Shown here: positions 18,797 through 26,128 of the stretch, piece after piece
Numbering within the stretch: the stretch's first letter is position 1
Layout: each line of letters opens with the position of its first letter
Assembly: GCF_008065095.1 (NCBI RefSeq)
Contig: NZ_CP042911.1
Location: 8,820,001-8,852,000 of the forward strand
Length of the DNA stretch: 32,000 nt
Reading direction: 5' to 3'
DNA from: Gemmata obscuriglobus
GTDB lineage: Bacteria > Planctomycetota > Planctomycetia > Gemmatales > Gemmataceae
Position numbers and translations under genes: made by a program
Notes under the pieces: model-generated
The model's database searches: none
The model's input: the letters and a program-made list of their open reading frames with translations, nothing else
What the model was told of the DNA's origin: nothing

Positions 18797-18870
18797 AACG
18801 GTTCCGGGGCGGCGCCCCCTGGAACGCACCATTGGCGGTGCGTTCCAGGGGGCGCCGCCCCGGAACCGTT
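18797..18870. repeat. Perfect 34-bp-stem hairpin (REP-like palindromic element)
   Basis: aacggttccggggcggcgccccctggaacgcacc (18797-18830) is the exact reverse complement of 18837-18870, with the loop attggc. It lies between the trxA stop and the coiled-coil gene start, and no U-tract follows on either strand. Confidence 0.85.
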
Positions 18871-18886
18871 ACACGAACTCGTCGCG

Positions 18887-19216
18887 TTACGCGTACTGCC
18901 CAATGAGCTTGGCGAGGTCGTCCTGCGAGAGCACGCCGCTCTCGGTGTGAACGGGTGTGTCGCCGCCCTTAAAAAACAGGATACGCGGGATCGTCATCAC
19001 GTCGTATTTGACGGCCAAGCTCGGGTTCTCGTCCACGTTCAACTTGCCGACCTTGACCTTGCCGGCGAACTGGTCGGCGACCGCGTCAATGGTGGACGAG
19101 AGCCGACGGCACGGGCCGCACCACGGCGCCCAGAAGTCCGCAACCACCAGGGTGCCGCTGGTCACGTGCTCGTTCCAGTTACCCTCGGTCAGTTCAATCA
19201 CGTTTGGGCTGGCCAT
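18887..19216 (-). CDS. trxA: Thioredoxin
   Basis: MASPNVIELTEGNWNEHV..VVADFWAPWCGPCRRL..VGKLNVDENP..YDVMTIPRILFFKGG. The WCGPC active site is present, length is 109 aa and the ATG is at 19214-19216. Confidence 0.9.
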   Translation of the reverse strand: MASPNVIELTEGNWNEHVTSGTLVVADFWAPWCGPCRRLSSTIDAVADQFAGKVKVGKLNVDENPSLAVKYDVMTIPRILFFKGGDTPVHTESGVLSQDDLAKLIGQYA

Positions 19217-19444
19217 AGTCAGTGACCCTTGAAAAAGAAATGTGGAGTGTCCGCGCCCCGCGGGGTGACTCACATTGTACTCGCCTTATTGTACCGCACC
19301 AACAGTTGGGCTCTTACGTTACGTGATCGTAGGGGCGGCCGAGACGGGCTTTGGGTGTTTCTCGGCAATCGGGCCGCGCGGCCCTTGCCCCGCCCCCCCG
19401 TTTCGCCCTAGAACGGTTGTGTCCTTGGCGTCACAGCCGACAGT

Positions 19445-19517
19445 GGCCCTATCGTCTAGTGGCCTAGGACACTGCCCTTTCAAGGCAGGAACTGGGGTTC
19501 GAATCCCCATAGGGTCA
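19445..19517 (+). tRNA. tRNA-Glu (anticodon UUC)
   Basis: A 73-nt cloverleaf was folded by hand. The acceptor is ggcccta/tagggtc, the D stem gtct/ggac, the anticodon stem ctgcc/ggcag with loop cTTTCaa, and the T arm tgggg-ttcgaat-cccca. The discriminator is a and no CCA is encoded. Confidence 0.85.
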
Positions 19518-19530
19518 CTTTTTCCAGCGC

Positions 19531-19608
19531 GGGGCGCGGAGTTCGGAACGCGGAGCGAAGCCCAAGCTTCCTCCGAACTCCGTATTCCGCGTCCCGCGTT
19601 CCGTTTTT
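19531..19608 (+). terminator. Compound palindrome ending in a T5 run, a possible terminator after tRNA-Glu
   Basis: cggagttcgga (19537-19547) pairs with tccgaactccg (19572-19582). cggaacgcgg (19544-19553) pairs with ccgcgttccg (19594-19603). This is followed by ttttt (19604-19608). Confidence 0.4.
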
Positions 19609-19617
19609 GGATACACG

Positions 19618-20346
19618 ATGGATAAGATGCCGTGGTGGGGGTATGTGATTCTCGCCGGGCTGGCGTGGGGCACTTACGTCCCGATCATTTTCTACGGCGG
19701 GACCGAGCTGACCACCAAACCGGGCACGATGGGCGGGCGGCTCGCGTCCATCCTGTGCGTCGGCATCGCGTACTTCGTGATGGCGGTGGTGGTCCCGGTG
19801 CTGATGATGTCCCTCGGCGGCGATGCCACCAAGCCGGAATGGAAAACGAACGGGCTGATCTTCAGTGGCATCGCCGGGGTGATGGGCGCGGTCGGAGCCA
19901 TCTGCGTCATTTTCGCCAGCAACGGCGCGGTGAAGGCGGCGCAAACGGAACCCGGCTACATCGAAATCAAGACCAGAGCCGATACGGCGTCCGCGAAGCT
20001 GGAAGCCAACCCCGACGACGCGACTTCGCGGCAGGAACTCCAGGCCGCAAAAGAAGGCATGACCAAGTACGCGGCCCAGTACCGCATCTTGATTGCGCCG
20101 CTCATCTTCTCGCTGGCTCCGTTCATTAACACGGTTCTCAGTTTGGTGTGGCACCCGAAGCCGGGCGCGCCGTGGCACTTCGGGTTCGACATGCCGTCCT
20201 GGCACTTGCCGCTGGGCATCGTGCTGGTCGCCATCGGAACGTTCCTGGTGCTCTACTCCAAGGAAGCGGCCGAACTGGAGAAGGCGGCGAAGAAAGCGGC
20301 CGCTGCGCCCGCGAAACCGGCCGCAGCGCAGGCCAAACCCCAGTGA
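19618..20346 (+). CDS. Hypothetical integral membrane protein
   Basis: This is a 242-aa ORF with several hydrophobic helices (WGYVILAGLAWGTYVPIIFYG, ILCVGIAYFVMAVVVPVLMM, LIFSGIAGVMGAVGAICVIFA, LPLGIVLVAIGTFLVLY). It has an Ala/Lys/Pro-rich tail. Confidence 0.6.
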   Translation: MDKMPWWGYVILAGLAWGTYVPIIFYGGTELTTKPGTMGGRLASILCVGIAYFVMAVVVPVLMMSLGGDATKPEWKTNGLIFSGIAGVMGAVGAICVIFASNGAVKAAQTEPGYIEIKTRADTASAKLEANPDDATSRQELQAAKEGMTKYAAQYRILIAPLIFSLAPFINTVLSLVWHPKPGAPWHFGFDMPSWHLPLGIVLVAIGTFLVLYSKEAAELEKAAKKAAAAPAKPAAAQAKPQ

Positions 20347-20351
20347 CGTTC

Positions 20352-20801
20352 ATGAGCCCCGCCGAAGCCGTCAGCCGGTCGAACACGGTCCTCGCCCACG
20401 CCTGGATGGTTCGCACGTTCCTGAAGCACGCGGACGAGATCCAGGACAACGAGGACATGCTCGACGTTCCGCGGACGCTGTACGACAGCATCCGCGCCGT
20501 CGAGCCGGCGTTCCAGCGCGGCGACCACGCCGACTTCCTCCGCCGGCTCCGGGGCAAGTTGCCGAAGTTGCGCCGCGCGGCCTTGCACTTCAGTACGCAC
20601 TTCAGGGAGTTTTCTCCGCACACCAACTATGAAATGGCCGCAGCGAGCCTAATCGGGGTTGTGGGACACCTGGAAGAGATATTCGCCGCGGTCGACTGGA
20701 ACGAGGTCGCCGGGTTGGCCCAAACGAACGCCAATCACAAGACGGCCGAAGGCGCCCCCGCGACCGACCCGCTCGACGACATCGAGATTCCTGAAGTGTA
20801 A
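20352..20801 (+). CDS. Hypothetical protein, probably co-transcribed with the membrane protein
   Basis: ATG 20352 lies 5 bp after the upstream stop. The 149-aa non-repetitive sequence begins MSPAEAVSRSNTVLAHAWMVRTFLKHADEIQDNEDMLD... No family was recognised. Confidence 0.5.
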   Translation: MSPAEAVSRSNTVLAHAWMVRTFLKHADEIQDNEDMLDVPRTLYDSIRAVEPAFQRGDHADFLRRLRGKLPKLRRAALHFSTHFREFSPHTNYEMAAASLIGVVGHLEEIFAAVDWNEVAGLAQTNANHKTAEGAPATDPLDDIEIPEV

Positions 20802-20894
20802 CCTGCCGCCCCGAAATGCGAGCGAACGGCAGCAAGCGACAGGACCGATCCGCGCACCCTGTCATCAAAAAACAGCGGACGGCGATCCGGCAGT

Positions 20895-21884
20895 TTACGC
20901 CAATCGCAGCCGTTCACCGAGTCGCCGCAGCCCCTCTTCAACTGACACCTTGGGCTCATAACCGAGGTCCCGCCGGGCCGCACTAATGTCGTACCAGTGC
21001 GACGTGGACATCTGGTTCGCCACGAACCGCGTCATCGGCGGTTCGCCTGGAAGCCGGAACAACCAGTACACCGACTCCAGCACCCGCCCCGCCAGCCGCG
21101 CCTTCCACGCCGACACGCGAGCTGTGACCGGCGGCAATCCGGCTTCGGCCAAAATGCGGTCAACGAACGGCCACAACTCCACCGGTTCGCCGTTTGAGAT
21201 GAAGTACGCCTTCCCGGCTGGCGCGGTGCCGATGTCGAGCCGATCCGCGGCATCGAGTTGCGACTGCGCAGCGTTGTCGATGTACGTCACATCGACCTTG
21301 GCCGGTCGGTTGCCGATCCGCTTCAGTTTCCCGGCGCGAGCGGAGTCGATGATGCGCGGGATCAGGTGCGGGTCCCCCGGCCCGAAAATCAGGTGCGGCC
21401 GGAGCGACACCGTCGCGAGGTCCGAACCGTTCGCGGCCAACACGGCCTTCTCGGCTTTCGCCTTCGTCTCGGGGTACGCGGCGTCGAAGTGCTTCGGGTA
21501 CGGGAGCGACTCGTTCGCCCCCTCGTTGTCGCCGCCCGCGTGAACCACGCTCGGCGTCGAGGTGTATACGAGGCGCCGGACGCCATGCGTCTTGCACGCT
21601 GCGATCACGTTCTGCGTGCCCACAACGTTGGTGCTGTAGTAGGCCGAGTAGCGCCCCCACACGCCGGCCTTCGCCGCGACGTGGAACACCACATCGCAGC
21701 CGGACACCGCACGCTCGACCGACTCCAAGTCCGAGAGGTTGCCAAGTGACTGTTCGACGCCGAGTTCGTCGAGCCACGGGTACGCCGAGCGGGTGAACGA
21801 GCGGACGGAGTCGCCCCTTTGCCGAAGCAGCCGCACGACCGCCCCGCCGAGAAACCCGCCGCCGCCCGTAACGACCGCCTTCAC
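20895..21884 (-). CDS. oleD: OleD: NAD(P)H-dependent 2-alkyl-3-oxoalkanoate reductase (3-beta-HSD / extended SDR family)
   Basis: MKAVVTGGGGFLGGAVVRLL is a Rossmann GxxGxxG motif. The 3-beta-hydroxysteroid-dehydrogenase-like core is present (VVFHVAA, YSTNVVGTQNV, LVYTSTPSV, YPETKAKAE). The GTG start at 21882-21884 overlaps the oleC stop (GTGA). It is the last gene of the oleABCD synteny. Confidence 0.8.
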   Translation of the reverse strand: MKAVVTGGGGFLGGAVVRLLRQRGDSVRSFTRSAYPWLDELGVEQSLGNLSDLESVERAVSGCDVVFHVAAKAGVWGRYSAYYSTNVVGTQNVIAACKTHGVRRLVYTSTPSVVHAGGDNEGANESLPYPKHFDAAYPETKAKAEKAVLAANGSDLATVSLRPHLIFGPGDPHLIPRIIDSARAGKLKRIGNRPAKVDVTYIDNAAQSQLDAADRLDIGTAPAGKAYFISNGEPVELWPFVDRILAEAGLPPVTARVSAWKARLAGRVLESVYWLFRLPGEPPMTRFVANQMSTSHWYDISAARRDLGYEPKVSVEEGLRRLGERLRLA

Positions 21885-23659
21885 GCTTGTTCCCCGGGAC
21901 TCCAGTTCGGACCAAATAACTTATCGGCCTGCACCGCGAGCTTCTCGCGAAAGATCTTGGAGTTGTGCCGCACGTCCATCGGGAACTCCGGGTGCAGCAG
22001 GTACGTGACCACGCGGCGTGCTGCCGCAGAGCGCTGTCCAATACTAGACATGAGCCCGTCCAGCGCCGGACCGGACGGTCCCCCGACCGCGTCAAAGAGG
22101 GTGCTCCCCGGCTCGCTGCTACGGTCCAGTTCGACCCAGAGCACGGGGTACGTAATTCCGCGGCGAGTCACCCCCACCAGAGCCGTCCGGCGCACCCCCG
22201 GGACGGTATTAAAGATCGGCTCAACCATGTCGGTAAACAGTGTGCCGTGGGGCGTCACGACCCGGTGCGATTTGCGCCCACAGAACCAGAGCCGCCCTTG
22301 CGCGTCAAAATACCCGACGTCACCCATGCGGTGCAGAACTTCGCCGGTTTTCGGGTCGCGAATCTTCGCCAACTTGGTCGCGTCGGGGCGGTTGTAGTAC
22401 AGTTGCGTCACCACCGGCCCGCGGACCACGAACTCGCCCACCTCCCCCTGCGGCACGAGGAGCGAATCGTCCCACTCGGCGACCGGCTGGTCGCTGATGC
22501 GGATCACCCGCACCTCCACCCCCGGCACGGGCCGCCCGACGCACACGCCCTTACCTTGGTCGGTCAGGTGCCGCGTTTCGCCCAGGATCTCACGGCTACC
22601 GATGTTCGCAACCGGCAGCGCTTCGGTTGCCCCGTAAGGGGTGAACACCTCGACGCCGTCGGGAAGAAGGCGAACGAACCGCTCGAGTGACGCTGCTGAC
22701 GCCGGAGCCCCAGCGGAGATAACCCTTTTGAGCGTCTCAAGTCGGCGGGTCTCCGGTCCCGAGTCGGGGGCCGCACTGTTTTCTGACTTGGGACCGGAGA
22801 CCCGCCGACTTGGGACCGTTAATTCCCCCAACCGGCGGATCACGGCCGGCGAGCCGAACAGGCTCGTGACGCCGAACTGCTTGATTTGCGCCGCGGCCTT
22901 ATGAGGGTCGAGGCGGGCCGGGCGGCTCGCGTCCATGTCCGGGATCACGCACGTCATCCCGAGCGCCGGGCCGAACAACGCGAACAGCGGGAACGTACAG
23001 AGGTCGATCTCGCCCGGCGCGATGCCGTAGGTGGCCTTCAGCAGTTTCACTTGCGCGTCGAAGATGCCGTGGACGTACACCACCCCCTTCGCCACACCGG
23101 TGCTGCCGCTGGTGAACAGGACCGCCGCCGGCTCCGTCGCCTGCGAATCCGGCACCGGGTACGGCCCGCTCCCGCGCCCGGCCTTGCGCACCCGCGCGAG
23201 CGAGGTGTCGCAGAAGAACCGCCACCGGGACACGTTCACGGTGGCGCGAACGGTGCCCTTCGCCCACCCCAGCACGCGCCGCGCCGCGTGCGCCTTCGCG
23301 ACCCCGATGAACGCTTCCGGCCCGGCCTCCGCAAGGCACTTGCCGAGGTTCCTGACGCCCATTCCGGGGTCGATCAGCACCGGGACGGCGCCGACCTTGA
23401 AAAGAGCAAAGGTTAGGGCGAAGAAGTCCGGCGACGGCGGCACCATCAGGGCCGTGCGCGTGCCCCGGGCGACGCCCGCCGACGCGAGCCCGTGGGCGAT
23501 CGCGTCGGAGTCGGCGTTCAGCTCGCGGAAGGTGATCGCCCGGTGTTCGGTCGGGCCGTCGCGGCGCACCCGGCCGCGGGGCGCGTAAACCGCCACCTGC
23601 GTTGGGTGCTCCGCGGCCATCCGGACCAAATGCGAGGCGACGTTGAGGGAGGTGTTCAT
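21881..23659 (-). CDS. oleC: OleC: AMP-dependent synthetase family, beta-lactone synthetase
   Basis: This is a 592-aa ANL-superfamily protein (LFTSGSTGVAKGVVY, ISAGAPAS, FTPYGATEALP, HRMGDVGYFDAQGRLWFCGRK). It sits between oleB and oleD. Confidence 0.85.
   Translation of the reverse strand: MNTSLNVASHLVRMAAEHPTQVAVYAPRGRVRRDGPTEHRAITFRELNADSDAIAHGLASAGVARGTRTALMVPPSPDFFALTFALFKVGAVPVLIDPGMGVRNLGKCLAEAGPEAFIGVAKAHAARRVLGWAKGTVRATVNVSRWRFFCDTSLARVRKAGRGSGPYPVPDSQATEPAAVLFTSGSTGVAKGVVYVHGIFDAQVKLLKATYGIAPGEIDLCTFPLFALFGPALGMTCVIPDMDASRPARLDPHKAAAQIKQFGVTSLFGSPAVIRRLGELTVPSRRVSGPKSENSAAPDSGPETRRLETLKRVISAGAPASAASLERFVRLLPDGVEVFTPYGATEALPVANIGSREILGETRHLTDQGKGVCVGRPVPGVEVRVIRISDQPVAEWDDSLLVPQGEVGEFVVRGPVVTQLYYNRPDATKLAKIRDPKTGEVLHRMGDVGYFDAQGRLWFCGRKSHRVVTPHGTLFTDMVEPIFNTVPGVRRTALVGVTRRGITYPVLWVELDRSSEPGSTLFDAVGGPSGPALDGLMSSIGQRSAAARRVVTYLLHPEFPMDVRHNSKIFREKLAVQADKLFGPNWSPGEQA
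22738..22812. repeat. 75-bp palindromic element in frame inside oleC
   Basis: caagtcggcgggtctccggtccc (22738-22760) is the exact reverse complement of gggaccggagacccgccgacttg (22790-22812). Pairing extends inward 4-5 bp and outward 3 bp after a mismatch. The 75 bp equal 25 codons. Confidence 0.85.
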
Positions 23660-23672
23660 GTGGCGCCGCGGC

Positions 23673-24638
23673 TCAGGTCAGCGGGTGCCGCTGGAGGAAC
23701 TCCCACACCCGCGTGATCGCCAGTTCGCCCGCGTCGTCGAGCAGGTAGTGCCCGCAGTCGGGCCAGGTGTGAACTTCCGCGTGCGGGAAGTGCCGCTGCC
23801 ACTCTTCGAGGAAGTGGCGGTCGAACACGAAGTCCTTCATTCCCCACAGCAGCAAGGTCGGGGTGTCGCGGAACTTCTCCAGCGAGGCCGCGGCGCCGCT
23901 GACGATGTCGTAACCCGGATCGGACGGCGCCAGCGGGATCGTTTGCACGAATTTGAGCACCGCCACCCGGTGCGCCGGGGTGTCGTAAGGCGCGAGGTAG
24001 CCGGCCTTCACGTCCGCGGGGAGCGGGCGCTTCGTGGCACACCACTTCGCGGCGAACTTGCAGAACCAGTTGCGCCGGGTGATGAGCCACGCGCCGAGTT
24101 TGGTGTTCCGCCCGAGCCACAGCGACGGCGGCAGCTTCTTGCCCGCCGGCAGGGGGAACCCCCCGGTGTTCATCGCCACGATCCGCTTCACGCGCTCTGG
24201 ATGCCGAGCGGCGAACCCCATCCCGATCATTCCGCCCCAGTCGTGTACCACCAGCGTGAGGTCGCGCGTCAGCCCGCGTTCCTCAAGGAGCCACTCCAGA
24301 TCGTCGATGCGGCTTTTCAGGGAGTAGTCGTACCGGTCCGTTCCCGGTTTGTCGGAGAGCCCGCAGCCGATGTGGTCCGGAACGACGCAGCGGTACGACT
24401 CGCGCAGCGACAGCACGAGGTTGCGGTAGTAGAAGCCCCAGGTGGGGTTCCCGTGGAGCATCACGACCGTGTCGCCGCGGCCCTCGTCGAGGTACGCCAT
24501 CCGGAGCCCGCGCCGCGTCGCCACGCGCGAGACGAAGGGGAACAGCGGCATCGCCGGGTTCGGAAACGGCGGCCCGTCGTCATCCGGCAGGGCGTTCGTG
24601 CGGAGCTGGAGCGAAGCGGGGTCCGAGGTGTTGCTCAT
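23673..24638 (-). CDS. oleB: OleB: alpha/beta hydrolase (haloalkane-dehalogenase-like), beta-lactone decarboxylase
   Basis: Motifs are MAYLDEGRGDTVVMLHGNPTWGFYYR, PDHIGCGLSDKP, and LVVHDWGGMIGMG with the Asp nucleophile. Its stop lies 13 bp before the oleC start. Confidence 0.85.
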   Translation of the reverse strand: MSNTSDPASLQLRTNALPDDDGPPFPNPAMPLFPFVSRVATRRGLRMAYLDEGRGDTVVMLHGNPTWGFYYRNLVLSLRESYRCVVPDHIGCGLSDKPGTDRYDYSLKSRIDDLEWLLEERGLTRDLTLVVHDWGGMIGMGFAARHPERVKRIVAMNTGGFPLPAGKKLPPSLWLGRNTKLGAWLITRRNWFCKFAAKWCATKRPLPADVKAGYLAPYDTPAHRVAVLKFVQTIPLAPSDPGYDIVSGAAASLEKFRDTPTLLLWGMKDFVFDRHFLEEWQRHFPHAEVHTWPDCGHYLLDDAGELAITRVWEFLQRHPLT

Positions 24639-24794
24639 GAAGTTCGATTCGGCCGCGCGAACACGGCCGCAAGAGTTTTCCGGACCAACGAGCAGGTCGG
24701 GAACAATTCAGCTCAGTTCAGACGCAAGGCAGTTTTGACAGATCGGTAGGATGAACAGGCTTGAGAACGCAAAACAGAGCTTATCTCGTATCTG

Positions 24795-24821
24795 CGATCC
24801 TGTTCGTCCTGTCGATCCTGT
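24795..24821. repeat. Three tandem 9-bp repeats in the oleA-oleB spacer
   Basis: The units are cgatcctgt / tcgtcctgt / cgatcctgt. On the coding strand these read ACAGGATCG ACAGGACGA ACAGGATCG. Confidence 0.8.
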
Positions 24822-24924
24822 CAAAAACGGCTGCGAACAGCACTGGGCTGCCGATTCTCCGTCGAGTGCCCTAATCTTTTGGTTGTGCCGTATCGGGTCT
24901 CTCGGCTCGCCAACCGCCGGCGGC

Positions 24925-26082
24925 CTACCACTCCAGCCCGAGCATCAGGCAGTTCAGCCCGCTGCCGATGCCCAGGAAACCGACCCGGTCGCCCGGCCGG
25001 AGGAACTCCCGTTCCTCCGCAATGGCCGCGGTGATCGGCAGCGAGACGGTGCCAATGTTGCCCAGGTACTCGAACGTGCTGAAGTCCTTCTCCGGCGAAA
25101 CGCCGATCGCCCGCAGCACCGCGTCGCGGTGCCCGGCGCCCACTTGGTGACAAATCACCTTATCAAGGAAGTCCGGCCGCCAGCTCAGTTTCGTCAGGAA
25201 CTTCTGCCAGGTGCGGTGGCCGAGTTCGACGCCGTACTTCAGCACCTCGCCGGCGTGCGTCTCCATGAACGGAATCATCACGTGCCGCATCCCGAGGTCG
25301 ACGCCCTTCTGCACCAGCCCCGTGGCGTTGTCGACGCTCTTCTGCATCAGCCCCGCGGCGTTCGCTCCCAGGACCCGCTCCACGGTGCCGACCGCCGAGG
25401 GGAGCAGCGACTGGAGCCCCCACCGGCACAGGTTGTGGTACTGGGGCGCGTTCTGGGTCGCCCCGCCGAGCAGCTTCCGCCGCTTCTCGCGCGACAGCTC
25501 CGCGCTGACGACCAGCACCGCGACCGCCCCGGACCCGCCGGTGAGCGTCGCGATGCTCTCGCGGAACAGTTCGACCGACTTCGTCCGCACCATGCGGTCG
25601 ATCACGTTCTCGTTGATCTCCCGCGCCGTCTCCGCCGAAACCACGAGCCCCGCCTGCGCCTGTCCGAGTTCGATCTTGTTCGCGACCTCGACGATGCCGT
25701 TCAGCACGCCCAGGCACGCGTTGCTCAGGTCGAAGATCGCGGCGTTCGGGTTGATGTTCAGCTCGTGGGCCACGGCGCACGCGGTGGCCGGCTCGAAGTT
25801 CTCCCGGCACACGCCCGCGTAGATCAGCACGTCGATTTCCGACGCGGAGATGTCCGCCGCGGCCAGCGCTTTACGGCCCGCGGCGGCCGCGCCCTTCGAG
25901 AGCGGGTAGCCGGGCTCCCACCACCGGCGCTCGCTGATGCCCGTGAGCAGTTCCAACTGCCCCGGTGACATGTTCAGCGATTTGTACACCGGCGCGAGCC
26001 GCGCTTCGAGTTCCGCGGTGGAAACCACCACCGGCGGCAGCTCGTACCCGATCGCTTCGAGGTGAACGCGGTTGTATTTCAT
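24925..26082 (-). CDS. oleA: OleA: thiolase-superfamily (FabH-like) acyl-CoA head-to-head Claisen condensing enzyme
   Basis: This is a 385-aa FabH-like protein with active-site DLSNACLG (Cys codon at 25714-25716), CHQVGAGH and GNIGTVSLP. It is the first gene of the oleABCD order and starts 46 bp after the PKS stop. Confidence 0.85.
   Translation of the reverse strand: MKYNRVHLEAIGYELPPVVVSTAELEARLAPVYKSLNMSPGQLELLTGISERRWWEPGYPLSKGAAAAGRKALAAADISASEIDVLIYAGVCRENFEPATACAVAHELNINPNAAIFDLSNACLGVLNGIVEVANKIELGQAQAGLVVSAETAREINENVIDRMVRTKSVELFRESIATLTGGSGAVAVLVVSAELSREKRRKLLGGATQNAPQYHNLCRWGLQSLLPSAVGTVERVLGANAAGLMQKSVDNATGLVQKGVDLGMRHVMIPFMETHAGEVLKYGVELGHRTWQKFLTKLSWRPDFLDKVICHQVGAGHRDAVLRAIGVSPEKDFSTFEYLGNIGTVSLPITAAIAEEREFLRPGDRVGFLGIGSGLNCLMLGLEW
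25297..25362. repeat. 2 x 33-bp in-frame tandem duplication inside oleA
   Basis: Unit 1 is 25297-25329 (gtcgacgcccttctgcaccagccccgtggcgtt). Unit 2 is 25330-25362 (gtcgacgctcttctgcatcagccccgcggcgtt). They match at 30/33 positions and encode NAAGLMQKSVD / NATGLVQKGVD. Confidence 0.85.
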
Positions 26083-26128
26083 GCGCGGGTCGGCAAGGTG
26101 TCGCGGCCGTCGGGGCGAGTCCCGGCTG

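Noticed and set aside
19618-20801. The membrane-protein/unknown-protein pair considered as part of the ole/pfa cluster.
   Set aside because: The pair is convergently oriented to oleD with its own upstream tRNA and terminator region. No lipid-related motif was recognised, so adjacency alone is not evidence.
20826-20893. Short hairpins (ctgccg..cggcag, gacagg..cctgtc) and an A6 run between the convergent genes, considered as a bidirectional terminator.
   Set aside because: The stems are only 6 bp. The A/T run is positioned wrongly relative to the stems for a canonical intrinsic terminator on either strand.
24795-25362. Short tandem repeats (3 x 9 bp and 2 x 33 bp) considered as a possible CRISPR array.
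   Set aside because: There is no repeat-spacer alternation and there are too few units. One repeat set is inside oleA in frame. No cas genes are in the window.
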